From Candidatus Levyibacteriota bacterium (GTDB lineage Bacteria > Patescibacteriota > Microgenomatia > Levybacterales > UBA12049), in assembly GCA_029260905.1 (NCBI GenBank), contig JAJDCH010000009.1, positions 26,498-90,497 of the forward strand: 64,000 bases of DNA, written 5' to 3'. Positions 8,014 through 17,862 of this stretch are shown here, piece by piece. Numbering within the stretch: position 1 is the stretch's first letter; every line of letters begins with the position of its first letter. The position numbers were made by a program, and so were the translations under genes. The notes under the pieces are model-generated. The model ran no database searches. It worked only from the letters and a program-made list of their open reading frames with translations, and had not been told where the DNA came from.

Positions 8014-10407
8014 CTACAGCCTAGCTCTTTCACCTATTTCACTCTCAACCAAATCAACGCTTTTACCATATTTAAGGCGGGATAATTCTGTTACAAGCTG
8101 TGCAACACGCTCATTCTTTATTGCCTTTTCTTTCTCAACGTCTTTGGTTGTATCAAGTGAAAATGGTGGAATTGGTTCCCCACCAACTATTGTTCTCATA
8201 TAAGCATTATATTTATCAATATTTATCAAGTCGTTTTCATTAAATGTCGGCTGAAACTCATGTTGAAGGTAGTTTGCATCTGTCACACCAACGCGGAATG
8301 ATGCAATAGTACCTACATTTCCAAAAATAGCATTTTTAATCTCCTCCTCCATTTGTCCAATAAACTGATTAGCAACAATCAGGTTCAAACGGTATTTTCG
8401 TGCCTCTGATAGGATTTGCGCGAAATCAGGAGTTGCGAAATTCTGAAACTCATCAACATAAAGGAAAAAGTCTTTCCTCTGGTCCATTGGCATATCCTGC
8501 CTACTCATAGCAGCAACCAAAATACGAGGAACAAGTATTAAGCCCAAGAAATTAGCATTTTCCTCACCAATTTTTCCTTTGGAAAGGTTGATAAGAAGTA
8601 TTTTTTTCTCATCCATTACCTTTCTAAAGTCAAAAGAACTTTTTGATTGACCAATTATGTTTCTGATCATTTTATTGGTAACAAAACGACCAAATTTTGA
8701 TGTGATGTAATCAAGAACTTCAGATTTGTGAAAATCAGATGTTTGAGCAATTTGATCTGTCCAATAACGTCTAATGATTGGATCCTCGACTTTTGGCAAA
8801 AGCTCCTGAACAAATGCCTGATCTGTCAAAACGCGGACAACCTCAATAAAAGTTGATCCTTCCTGATACATAACTGTCAACATCGCGTTTCTGACAGCGT
8901 GTTCAAATCTCGGTCCAACAATACCTGTTTTGTTTGGATCAAAAAGCTTATACATTAAACCGATAATTGAGTTGACCATGAAATGTTTTTGCTGCTCTGT
9001 CTTTGCCTCAAGCATATTAAAACCCATTGGTCTATCCATGTCTGAGGGATCAAAAAGAATAACTTCTTCTGCTCTTTTGGGTGGAATAAGTTGCAAAATG
9101 TCTTCAACCAAATCTCCATGAGGATCTATAACAGCAAGCCCCTCACCTGCATTAATATCCTGCATGATCATAGTTTTAAGAAACTCTGATTTTCCAGTAC
9201 CTGTTTTACCAACAATATATGAGTGCCGTCTCCTGTCATCAAGTCCAATAAAAACAGGTTTACTAATGCCCCTAAAACTGCTTTTTCCAAGATACAAACC
9301 CTCTGTCGCGATTTTGGATGAAACGGGCGCTCTTTTAGCTGTCAACCAATGAACACCAGGTGTTGTGACTCCTTTGTTTGGGAAATGGAAAATAGTTGCC
9401 AATTCCTCACTGGTCATAATTGAAGTCTGTCCCCAGATCGGGAAGTAACGATAAATAAAATCATTCATGAACCAGCCCTTAAACCATGTCCGTGTCTTAA
9501 TAAACGAACTGAGACCACTTGTGAACTGTCCAAATGCACCTTTAATATTGGTCAAATGGGATTTGGCATCCTGTTTTGTTTTAGCACAAACAACAATTCT
9601 GACAAGCGCTTCAAAACCAGGCTTTGTCAGTTTATTCTCAATTCCTTCAAGTTCCTTGCTGTCAGCTTTATAAGTTGCTTTCTCAGGATTTGCTTCATTT
9701 TTTTTGACAGTTCCAATATATGATCTTCCTGCATACTTCCAGTGGCTACTTGCTGGAGATACAACTATTTGTATAACTGCACCCTCCTCCTCTCTCATCT
9801 TGGCAAGAACTGATGTAATTGATGCGAGTGGATCGATTGGAAGTTCCTTAAAAACTCTAATCGGATGGTAATTTGATCCTCTTAATCTAAGGGATATAAA
9901 TTCAACCTTACCTTCTTCTGAGAAGATATTATATTCTGATCCAATCAGTGTGCCCTTTCTTTGTTTTGCAGCAGGATCTGTGACAGGTATTATTTCTGCA
10001 TCAGGATATGCGCCATTTATCTGTTTTTCAACAAAATCGCGGTATTTTTGATTAACATGAATATAGAATCTAATATCCCCTGGCATTCCAACAATTTCAA
10101 ATGCTACGTGAGGTTGTGGCTTAAAAAATATTAATTTATCAGAATGTTTTGTGATACGAAGAGCAGCAAGGCTTGCAAACATTTGTTCTGCTGCGTCTAT
10201 TTTTATTTCATTATCCCTTGGCACTGCTACTTGCAGAAGGACTGAATCAAGCGCGTCTGATTCACGCGTTCGATGTCTTATCCAGAGAAGAAAAACGTAG
10301 CCTGCTCCGTAAAAAATAAAGAACATTAAGCTAACGCTCACCACAATCCAGACAAGTGTTATTAAAAAACTAAATGGATCGTTTTGAATTAACTGCAACT
10401 GATCCAT
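8014..10407 (-). CDS. membrane-anchored VirD4/TraG/TrwB-like (HerA/FtsK superfamily) ATPase
   Basis: N-terminal TM, DRRRHSYIVGKTGTGKS (Walker A), IDPHGD, LYVDEFQNF (Walker B), ILSEARKYRLNLIVANQ. Confidence 0.88.
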   Translation of the reverse strand: MDQLQLIQNDPFSFLITLVWIVVSVSLMFFIFYGAGYVFLLWIRHRTRESDALDSVLLQVAVPRDNEIKIDAAEQMFASLAALRITKHSDKLIFFKPQPHVAFEIVGMPGDIRFYIHVNQKYRDFVEKQINGAYPDAEIIPVTDPAAKQRKGTLIGSEYNIFSEEGKVEFISLRLRGSNYHPIRVFKELPIDPLASITSVLAKMREEEGAVIQIVVSPASSHWKYAGRSYIGTVKKNEANPEKATYKADSKELEGIENKLTKPGFEALVRIVVCAKTKQDAKSHLTNIKGAFGQFTSGLSSFIKTRTWFKGWFMNDFIYRYFPIWGQTSIMTSEELATIFHFPNKGVTTPGVHWLTAKRAPVSSKIATEGLYLGKSSFRGISKPVFIGLDDRRRHSYIVGKTGTGKSEFLKTMIMQDINAGEGLAVIDPHGDLVEDILQLIPPKRAEEVILFDPSDMDRPMGFNMLEAKTEQQKHFMVNSIIGLMYKLFDPNKTGIVGPRFEHAVRNAMLTVMYQEGSTFIEVVRVLTDQAFVQELLPKVEDPIIRRYWTDQIAQTSDFHKSEVLDYITSKFGRFVTNKMIRNIIGQSKSSFDFRKVMDEKKILLINLSKGKIGEENANFLGLILVPRILVAAMSRQDMPMDQRKDFFLYVDEFQNFATPDFAQILSEARKYRLNLIVANQFIGQMEEEIKNAIFGNVGTIASFRVGVTDANYLQHEFQPTFNENDLINIDKYNAYMRTIVGGEPIPPFSLDTTKDVEKEKAIKNERVAQLVTELSRLKYGKSVDLVESEIGERARL

Positions 10408-10409
10408 AC

Positions 10410-10931
10410 TTACTCTTCCACCTTCCTTTCTTTTACTGAAAAATTAAAAACCTTCCACTGCTCAAGAATAAGCGTTGCAAGCCATCTCAACCCACTTCTT
10501 ATCTTGGATTTCTTTTGCGCAATGGTTGCATCTTCAAAACTCATCGGCAAATCTGGCTTTTGCTGATCATCAATAATAGCAAGCTCCATTGGCGCATTTT
10601 CATCAGTCAACACAACCCCAAGCTCCTCAATATCCTCAGGTAGAGAATTTGATAGACTGTCTGGTCCAGGTTTTACAAATTCTGAAACCTCAGGTGATAT
10701 AACTGCTTCAGATTTTGATTCCTCAACGATTTTCTGCTTTTCCACCTTAGCATCAACTGATATTGGATCATGTTCTGGGTGAACTGAGGCAGGCACAGTT
10801 GGTTTATCAACCAATGATTCTTTCGGTGTATTTGAAACCTCTTGTACGGGTCGATCCGCAATAGGTGTTGGCGCCTGCATTCTAGTTCCAACCTTGCCTT
10901 GAACTGATTGTGTCTGAGTGCTATTGTCCAT
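10410..10931 (-). CDS. hypothetical protein
   Basis: Acidic/proline-rich ORF coupled to the ATPase gene; C-terminal amphipathic WLA segment. Confidence 0.7.
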   Translation of the reverse strand: MDNSTQTQSVQGKVGTRMQAPTPIADRPVQEVSNTPKESLVDKPTVPASVHPEHDPISVDAKVEKQKIVEESKSEAVISPEVSEFVKPGPDSLSNSLPEDIEELGVVLTDENAPMELAIIDDQQKPDLPMSFEDATIAQKKSKIRSGLRWLATLILEQWKVFNFSVKERKVEE

Positions 10932-11018
10932 AAGATCATATTATCACGAAGGAGTAATATGTAGCAATTTCAGCTAAAGGTTGATCACCTACTTTACAAA
11001 ATTAAGCTAAAAATATCT

Positions 11019-11186
11019 TTATAAAACTTCCCCTGGCTTCCAGCCACAGTCAGGACACGCAGTTATGTCTCCAACCATGATTTTCTGATAATCATCATTA
11101 TCTGCGCTCCAGCGACAGCGCAGACAAATTATCTTAAAACACTCTTCACATTCTTCTTTATTTACTGTTTGTTTAATAATGTCCAT
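11019..11186 (-). CDS. small Cys-rich (zinc-ribbon-like) protein, 55 aa
   Basis: Below the ORF-track cutoff. MDIIKQTVNKEECEECFKIICLRCRWSADNDDYQKIMVGDITACPDCGWKPGEVL has three CxxC motifs and is co-oriented with pduO. Confidence 0.7.
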   Translation of the reverse strand: MDIIKQTVNKEECEECFKIICLRCRWSADNDDYQKIMVGDITACPDCGWKPGEVL

Positions 11187-11232
11187 AACTACTTAGCAAT
11201 AAAAACAATCGGATAATTGAACAATGCTTGGC

Positions 11233-11772
11233 CTACCTCTTAACCCAAATCTTCTCTTTTTTCTTTTCCAAAGAATTGGCATATCTTGCCATTGTAAAAA
11301 GGAGATCAGACAAGCGATTAAGATAAATAACGATATTTTTATCGATTTTTTCTTTCCCAGACATTTTTATAACTGCTCTCTCAGCCCTTCTAGCAACTGT
11401 ACGCGCAATATGAAGATGCGCACCGGTCAATCCTCCACCCGGCAGAATAAAGTTCTTTAGATCAGGCAGTTTCCCTGTCATCTTATCAATCAATTTTTCA
11501 AATTCTCCCACCCGTCCATCAACACCCTCAACGGGAAGTGGGTGTGGCATAGCAAGAGCTGAACCTATTTCAAACAAGTCATGTTGAATCCCCTCAAGTT
11601 CTGTTCTTAGTTCTTTGTTCTTGGTTCCCAGTTGCGCGATGGCAACTCCAATTACAGAATTCAACTCGTCAATTGTCCCATACGCACCAACTCGCACATG
11701 ATATTTAGGAACTCTCGTCCCATCAAAAAGCGAGGTCTTTCCTTTATCTCCTGTTCGTGTATAAATCGGCAT
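11233..11772 (-). CDS. pduO: ATP:cob(I)alamin adenosyltransferase, PduO type
   Basis: IYTRTGDKGKTSL, AYGTIDELNS, FILPGG, ARTVARRAER, YLNRLSDLLF. Confidence 0.96.
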   Translation of the reverse strand: MPIYTRTGDKGKTSLFDGTRVPKYHVRVGAYGTIDELNSVIGVAIAQLGTKNKELRTELEGIQHDLFEIGSALAMPHPLPVEGVDGRVGEFEKLIDKMTGKLPDLKNFILPGGGLTGAHLHIARTVARRAERAVIKMSGKEKIDKNIVIYLNRLSDLLFTMARYANSLEKKKEKIWVKR

Positions 11773-11780
11773 AAAACAAA

Positions 11781-11903
11781 AAATCCTAATATCTAAACCC
11801 TAAACACTAAACAAATATTAATATCAAAATTCTAAAACTCAAATGATTTTTTTAATTTGGGTTTTGATATTGTTTAGAAATTAGAAATTAGAACTTAGGA
11901 TTT
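11781..11903. repeat. imperfect inverted repeat built from degenerate 7-mers
   Basis: AAATCCTAA TATCTAA ACCCTAA ACACTAA ... TGTTTAG AAATTAG AAATTAG AACTTAG GATTT fills the nrdJ-pduO spacer. Confidence 0.75.
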
Positions 11904-14391
11904 AACACGCTGAGTATCCACAAGCTACACATTTCTGGCAGCCTTCCTGGTATGCAAGGGTTCCAGATCCGCATTCAGGACAAATATCAAATAGATTGGT
12001 GCTTGATGATGAACCTGCATCTGCTGTAAGTGGAAGCTGTTGAGTAACTGCAATTTTTTCTGCCTCGTCAACAGGTGCTGCATCTTTCATAACTTGCCCC
12101 CCAGCATAACCATTTGAAATACCATTTCCATTACTATGACCATTTGTTGCTCCATTTCCATTTGTTGCATGGTCTTCTGCATCGCTACTTTCTGGCTTGA
12201 GAGTTATCCTATCCTCTACTTTTCCATTCACGCGGAAACTATAATGTCTTGCCAGTACTTTCGCGACAGCATCTGGAAGTGAACGGACTTTATTTTCACC
12301 AAATCCAATACTTCTTGATCCACCGATTCCTGAAAGCTCAGATATAATCTCTCTTATCCTCTCCCTTGCAGGAACAGGGCTATAAATACGAAGCACAAAA
12401 GAAATCATGCGTCCAAGCGCATCAACCAAAGCCATCAAATCTGATCCAGATTTTCCATGATTTATAAACACCTCAAATAAATCATCCTTTTCATCATGAT
12501 TCAAAGTCATATACATTTTTCCTGAAGGGCTATCTGATTTGTATGTTGTTCCTGTCAACATCGCAGGACGCGGTACTCTTGGAGTTACCGGAATTTGTGG
12601 TTTTTGAATTTCAACTTTTTCTTCTTTTTTATCCTCAACTCTTGAAAGAACACCTGTTCTTGAACCATCTCTAAAATAAGTTACACCCTTTAACCCCATG
12701 TCATAACTAAGTTCATAAAGTTTTTTTACATCTTTTACTGTATGTTCATTTGGCGCATTTACTGTTTTGGAAATCGATGAATCTATATATTCCTGGGCAA
12801 TTGCCTGTACTTTTACATGATCCTCGGGTGTTAAATCATTTGCTGAGACAAAAAATCCTGGTCTTTCCTCATCGGGATGTGTTTCTTTCCATGAGTCAAA
12901 CAATGGATGATAAATCTTATGCTCACCCAGTCTGTCAGTACGTAAAAATTCAAACTCATAAACAGGCTCAACTCCCGATGAAACACCTGATATAAGTGAT
13001 GTAGTGCCCGTTGGAGCAATTGTCAAAAGAACTGCATTTCTGATGCCTTGTTTGTGAATCTTTTCTCTTATTGATTTGGGGAGAGCTTTAATGTGATAAC
13101 CTTTTTGATATTTGTCGCGGTCATATTTGGGGAAAACACCTTTTTCTTTTGCCAAATCAGCACTTGCTGTATAAGCGTTATCTCTCAAGGTTGAAAAGAT
13201 TTTATTCAGAACAGGTACTGATTCCTCAGCGCCATATCTTATTTTCATCTTAATAAGAGCATCAGCAAGACCAAGTATTCCAAGACCAGTTCTTCTAATA
13301 TCTTTTGCGATTTTTTCATTCTCAGAGAAAAAATAATGAGTATCATCAATGACATTGTCCAAGAATCTCATTGCCACTCTGACATCCTTGCCAAACTGTT
13401 CATAATCAAACCAGCCTGCCTTATCATTCTTCAAATCATCATCTTTTACATAAGCAGACAGATTCATTGCACCAAGGTTACAAACAGCCCATGCGCCAAG
13501 TGGCTGCTCACCACAAGGATTTGTTGCCAGAAGTTTCTCAAAATACCAGGTGTTTGATCTTTTATTGGATCTGTCCAAGAAATGAAGTCCAGGTTCTGCT
13601 GATCTCCAAGCAGCTTTACAAATAAGATCCCAAAGATATGATGCTTTAATTGTTTTATAAACCTTAACTTTTCCACCCTTTTTCTTCCAATCATGGATAT
13701 CTCCATTCCAGTTTTTGTCATATTTGGGATCATCAAGATCAGGATACATCAAATCCCAATCTGCATCTTTTTTCAAAGCTTCCATAAATGCGTCTGATAC
13801 ACAGACAGATAAATTCGCTCCATTTATTTTGGTCAGATCCTCCTTTACAGTTATGAACTCTTCAACGTCGGGGTGCCAATCATGAATCATAAGCATCAAT
13901 GCTCCTCTTCGTGATCCACCCTGTTGGACAATATCTTTTGTTGCTAGAGAATAAAGCTCAGCCCAGTTCATAGGACCAGATGAGAAACCATTGACTTTTT
14001 TTACCCTTGCGCCTCTTGGACGAAGACCTGAAAGATTAAGGCCAACTCCGCCACCATGTGCCATGATTTCAATCATTTGGGTTAGATTTTGCATGATTCC
14101 GCCCCTTGAATCAGGAGGATTGGGGATAACAAAACAATTAAAATAAGTGACATCAAATCCCGTTCCCGCACCAGCCAAGATACGTCCACCTGGCAAAAAC
14201 TTGAAACCATCCATCACATCATAAAATTCTTTCTCCCATTTCTTTTGATCTTTTTTCTTTTCAACACCAGCAATGCCCTTTGCAACTCTCTTCCACATCT
14301 CATCAGGTGTTTTTTCAAGCGAATTACCCTCTTTATCTTTCAGAGAATATCTATCTAAAAATACTTTTTGTCTTACTCCGTCTAATTTCAT
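11902..14391 (-). CDS. nrdJ: adenosylcobalamin-dependent (class II) ribonucleotide reductase with C-terminal TSCPD-like domain and zinc ribbon
   Basis: FLPGGRIL, NCFV, QQGGSRRGA, ATNPCGEQPL, CNLG, TIAPTGT, SSISKTVN, C-terminal CPECG...EGCQKC..CGYSAC; adjacent to pduO. Confidence 0.95.
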   Translation of the reverse strand: MKLDGVRQKVFLDRYSLKDKEGNSLEKTPDEMWKRVAKGIAGVEKKKDQKKWEKEFYDVMDGFKFLPGGRILAGAGTGFDVTYFNCFVIPNPPDSRGGIMQNLTQMIEIMAHGGGVGLNLSGLRPRGARVKKVNGFSSGPMNWAELYSLATKDIVQQGGSRRGALMLMIHDWHPDVEEFITVKEDLTKINGANLSVCVSDAFMEALKKDADWDLMYPDLDDPKYDKNWNGDIHDWKKKGGKVKVYKTIKASYLWDLICKAAWRSAEPGLHFLDRSNKRSNTWYFEKLLATNPCGEQPLGAWAVCNLGAMNLSAYVKDDDLKNDKAGWFDYEQFGKDVRVAMRFLDNVIDDTHYFFSENEKIAKDIRRTGLGILGLADALIKMKIRYGAEESVPVLNKIFSTLRDNAYTASADLAKEKGVFPKYDRDKYQKGYHIKALPKSIREKIHKQGIRNAVLLTIAPTGTTSLISGVSSGVEPVYEFEFLRTDRLGEHKIYHPLFDSWKETHPDEERPGFFVSANDLTPEDHVKVQAIAQEYIDSSISKTVNAPNEHTVKDVKKLYELSYDMGLKGVTYFRDGSRTGVLSRVEDKKEEKVEIQKPQIPVTPRVPRPAMLTGTTYKSDSPSGKMYMTLNHDEKDDLFEVFINHGKSGSDLMALVDALGRMISFVLRIYSPVPARERIREIISELSGIGGSRSIGFGENKVRSLPDAVAKVLARHYSFRVNGKVEDRITLKPESSDAEDHATNGNGATNGHSNGNGISNGYAGGQVMKDAAPVDEAEKIAVTQQLPLTADAGSSSSTNLFDICPECGSGTLAYQEGCQKCVACGYSAC

Positions 14392-14400
14392 AATTTTATT

Positions 14401-14877
14401 TTAAATTACTCGACTGCCCAGCTCTGTCTTGCTGGTCAAACGCCTTATTTCTTTTTCAAAATCTTCAGGATCTACAAATTGTTTGAACACACTTGCAAAT
14501 CTTATATAGGCCACTTTATCCAGTTTTTTAAGCTTCTTGGCAACCATGTCTCCTATGATCTTGCTTTCAACTTCCAGAGTATCAAGGCTCAAAAGAGTTC
14601 TTGTGATATCTGTGACAATCATTTCTATCGTATCAGCAGATATTTCTGTTTTCTCACAAGCCTTAAGAATTCCCCCTTTTAACTTTTCCCTGCTGAATTG
14701 CTCTCTTTTATTATCTTTCTTTATTACAGTCAGCTGGATGTTTTCAATTCTCTCATAAGTAGTAAAACGCTTTGAACAGGCTAGACAAGATCTTCTTCTT
14801 CTTATCGTATCCATATCCGCGCTTTCACGAGTTTCAACTACTTCTGATTCTTTGGTTCCGCAATAAGGACAATGCAT
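14401..14877 (-). CDS. nrdR: transcriptional repressor NrdR
   Basis: MHCPYC...IRRRRSCLACSKRFTTYE, ATP cone, DKVAYIRFASV. Confidence 0.97.
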   Translation of the reverse strand: MHCPYCGTKESEVVETRESADMDTIRRRRSCLACSKRFTTYERIENIQLTVIKKDNKREQFSREKLKGGILKACEKTEISADTIEMIVTDITRTLLSLDTLEVESKIIGDMVAKKLKKLDKVAYIRFASVFKQFVDPEDFEKEIRRLTSKTELGSRVI

Positions 14878-14954
14878 AATTTAGCTTCAGCTACCTACAG
14901 CCAACTGTCAGATTGATTTTGATTCTAATAGCTAAAAGCTAAAGACCAACAGTC

Positions 14955-15001
14955 AACTTGCATGTAGTGTCACAAAAATCATATGCCACTAAATCTTGGG
15001 T
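14955..15001. promoter_or_regulatory. tandem putative NrdR boxes
   Basis: AACTTGCATGTAGTGT (14955-14970, degenerate) and CCACTAAATCTTGGGT (14986-15001) resemble acaCwAtATaTwGtgt, start 31 bp apart and lie upstream of nrdR-nrdJ. Confidence 0.6.
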
Positions 15002-15129
15002 GTCAACTATAAATTTGTATATCAAAAAGGATCAGTAGCCTTGTATGAATAATTTTTCTATATTGTTTTCTTACAATTGAAAAATAGGTGTTTAAAAAAA
15101 TAGATCAATAAATCAAACAAATGCCTTTT

Positions 15130-15681
15130 TTAGCTACCAAATTCTTCGACCCTTTTTCTTTGATCTTTAAGCTTTCTTTCTATTTCTTCAAATTTTTTAT
15201 TTTCTTTCTCTGAAAACTTAGTTTTCATAACACCCAATACTTCAATATATTTGGCATTTGCTTGATAAAGGTTGTTCTTAATGATCTGCATTTCCTCTTT
15301 TTCTCCTCTCTCGGATTTTGCCTCCTCCAATGCTTTTTCATAATATGAAAGCGCCATGGAGAAGGTTTGAACAGATCTATCAACTTCTTTCTTGTCAAAC
15401 AAAAGCCTTGATCCTTCAACATATTTATCTGCTCGAAGCAGGCTAAATTCCGCTTTTTTGACAGGATTTGTTATTAAAAAAGAAATAATATTATCCCGAA
15501 CTGCTTTAAGAAAATATAAAGGATCCCCCGGAAGAAGCCCTGGATAGGCTAGCGCATATTCTACAGGCCTAGCAGATTGAGACGATTCAACAACTTCAAC
15601 AACGCCTTCATTGGCAAGAGAAGCATTTGTTCCAATAGTTAAGAATAGAAATAAAACAGCAATTAAAATTTTCTTAAACAT
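15130..15681 (-). CDS. secreted DUF5667-like helical protein
   Basis: Signal peptide, then YPGLLPGDPLYFLKAVRD...KAEFSLLRADK. Confidence 0.7.
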   Translation of the reverse strand: MFKKILIAVLFLFLTIGTNASLANEGVVEVVESSQSARPVEYALAYPGLLPGDPLYFLKAVRDNIISFLITNPVKKAEFSLLRADKYVEGSRLLFDKKEVDRSVQTFSMALSYYEKALEEAKSERGEKEEMQIIKNNLYQANAKYIEVLGVMKTKFSEKENKKFEEIERKLKDQRKRVEEFGS

Positions 15682-15698
15682 AAATTTATGGGGCAGAT

Positions 15699-16283
15699 TT
15701 AGACTCTTTGGGAATCAATTATATCATTTATCTTTTTTACTGCAATATCAAGCATTCCATTATCATTTAACACCACGTGATCGTAGTCTTTTTTTTGTTC
15801 CATTTCCCACTCAACAGGCGCGTTATCAAATCTTTTTGCTCCATCTTCTTCTCCATCTGCTTTTATAACACGTATTCTTAAATCATTGATGTCAGATACT
15901 GTCAAAAAAACAAAAACTGCTTGGGGAATCATTCTTTCAATCTGCTCCCGAACATTTTTAACGCCTTGTGTTTCGATTTTCCAAATAACATCTATTCCCT
16001 TTTCAAGAAGCGGCAGAAGATCATCTTTTTGAGTACCATAATATTCCTTCCTAAATTCAACATACTCAAAAAAGGCATCTTCTTTAATTTTTCGTTCAAA
16101 GTCCAAACGCGTCAAAAAATGATATGGCTCTGCCTCTTTTTCTCCTTTTCTTTTGGGACGTGTTGTGGTGGTTATTACTCTTTTGAAATTGGGATTAATA
16201 CTAAGCAATTTTTCAATTACCGCATCCTTTCCTACACCTGTTGGGCCTGTTAAGACAAGTAAAACGCCTTTTTTATCTGTCAT
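15699..16283 (-). CDS. gmk: guanylate kinase
   Basis: LTGPTGVGKD, TTTTRPKRKGE, YHF, YYGT; start set to ATG at 16283 just after the gap stop. Confidence 0.93.
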   Translation of the reverse strand: MTDKKGVLLVLTGPTGVGKDAVIEKLLSINPNFKRVITTTTRPKRKGEKEAEPYHFLTRLDFERKIKEDAFFEYVEFRKEYYGTQKDDLLPLLEKGIDVIWKIETQGVKNVREQIERMIPQAVFVFLTVSDINDLRIRVIKADGEEDGAKRFDNAPVEWEMEQKKDYDHVVLNDNGMLDIAVKKINDIIDSQRV

Positions 16284-16284
16284 A

Positions 16285-17397
16285 TTATTGTTGTGGAGGA
16301 GTTCCGCCCTGATCTGTGTTTTCCTCACTTACAGGAGTAGAAGGAGCTGATTCTGATGCTTTTTGTCCAACCATTATTGTCTCCTCAATAAGCCTATTAG
16401 CATAACCATATTCATTATCATACCAGGCAATTACTTTTGCCATAGTCCCGCCAACAACTTGTGTGAGCGACAAGTCAACAATTGACGAGTGAGAATTGCC
16501 AATAATATCACTGGAGACAACAGGTTCATCTGTTACAGCCAAAATCCCCTTAAATACTGGATTTTCAGCCTCTTCCCGTAGCGCATTGTTGATCTCATCG
16601 GCTGTTGTTTCTTTCTTAAGAAGAAAAGTAAAATCAGACAAAGACCCAACAGGAACAGGAACACGAACTGACAGTCCTCCAAATATTCCCTTCAATGCAG
16701 GAAACGCCTCACCTGCTGCAATTGTCGCACCAGTTGATGTTGGAACTATGTTTTGTCCTGCTGCTCTTCCTCTTCTATAGTCTTTATGTCCTCCATCAAT
16801 AAGTCTTTGATCTGATGTATAACCATGAATTGTTGTCATCATGGCTTTCTCTATCCCGAAATGCTCCTCCATTACTTTGGCAACCGGAGTAATACAATTA
16901 GTAGTGCATGATGCATTGCTGATCATGTTCTCACCCTTATATTCATGATCATTTACAGAAATTACATAGGTAGACATCTCCCCACCCTTTGCAGGAGCTG
17001 AAAGCACTACTGATTTTGCCCCAGCTGTCAGATGCGCCTGAGCCTTGTCAGCTGTGACAAAGTGTCCCGTTGACTCAATCACCACATCAACGCTGTGCTC
17101 TTCCCATGGAAGAAGTGTTGGGTCTTTTTGTGAATAAACAGGAATATCTTTTCCATCAACCACTAAGTGCCCAAGCATTGTTTTATCTTCAGCATTTGGA
17201 TTGGGCTTAACTGATATTTCCTGTGGGAGAAGACCATAAACACTATCGTATTTGAGAAGATACATCCAGCCCTGAAGATCTGTTGAATGACCTGCGTTAA
17301 TCGCAACTACTTCAACTTCATCTGTATGCCATTGAAGTATAACCCGATGTGCTATTCTTCCTATTCTTCCATAACCATTTATCGCTACTTTTATCAT
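16285..17397 (-). CDS. gap: glyceraldehyde-3-phosphate dehydrogenase, type I
   Basis: VAINGYGRIGR, ISNASCTTNC, WYDNEYGY. Confidence 0.98.
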   Translation of the reverse strand: MIKVAINGYGRIGRIAHRVILQWHTDEVEVVAINAGHSTDLQGWMYLLKYDSVYGLLPQEISVKPNPNAEDKTMLGHLVVDGKDIPVYSQKDPTLLPWEEHSVDVVIESTGHFVTADKAQAHLTAGAKSVVLSAPAKGGEMSTYVISVNDHEYKGENMISNASCTTNCITPVAKVMEEHFGIEKAMMTTIHGYTSDQRLIDGGHKDYRRGRAAGQNIVPTSTGATIAAGEAFPALKGIFGGLSVRVPVPVGSLSDFTFLLKKETTADEINNALREEAENPVFKGILAVTDEPVVSSDIIGNSHSSIVDLSLTQVVGGTMAKVIAWYDNEYGYANRLIEETIMVGQKASESAPSTPVSEENTDQGGTPPQQ

Positions 17398-17446
17398 TAC
17401 ATTAAAGTATTACATCTTTTAACTGGTAGATCAAGGGGAGAACTTA

Positions 17447-17782
17447 TTATGCAGCAACTGCTTTCTCTTTTGACTCAAGAGACGATTGCGCATTTTTAAT
17501 AGCTATTAATTTTTGACCTAGAAGATTCAAAGGATCAAGTTTGCTCTCTGGGATATCTTCTCTTGAAAAACCCTGACTTATCCCCGTACTTAACTCTTCT
17601 CGTTTTCTGAAGTGAGTTATAAGACCTTTGACAACCCTTTCTTCTTCTGCTTCTAAAATCTTTCGCTTTTCGTCTATGCCAGTATCTGGCCCCTGTTTTT
17701 GAAGCAGGCTATTCACATATTCCTTTGCAAGGCGTGCATCCCCTTGCGAATTCTCACCCCCAGTAGATCCTTCGTTGTCCAT
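17447..17782 (-). CDS. hypothetical protein
   Basis: 111-aa ORF filling the gap-pgk interval; acidic N-terminus, helical. Confidence 0.6.
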   Translation of the reverse strand: MDNEGSTGGENSQGDARLAKEYVNSLLQKQGPDTGIDEKRKILEAEEERVVKGLITHFRKREELSTGISQGFSREDIPESKLDPLNLLGQKLIAIKNAQSSLESKEKAVAA

Positions 17783-17862
17783 ATTAAAAACTTCTCATGA
17801 ATACAGTCTTTTGTCAAGACCTAGACAAAAGACGCAAACCGTTGTTATACTGACTTGTCCTC

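Noticed and set aside
11902-14391. Intein or intron in nrdJ
   Set aside because: The frame is continuous and the NPCGEQPL active-site region is uninterrupted. The extra length is a C-terminal domain and an NG-rich linker.
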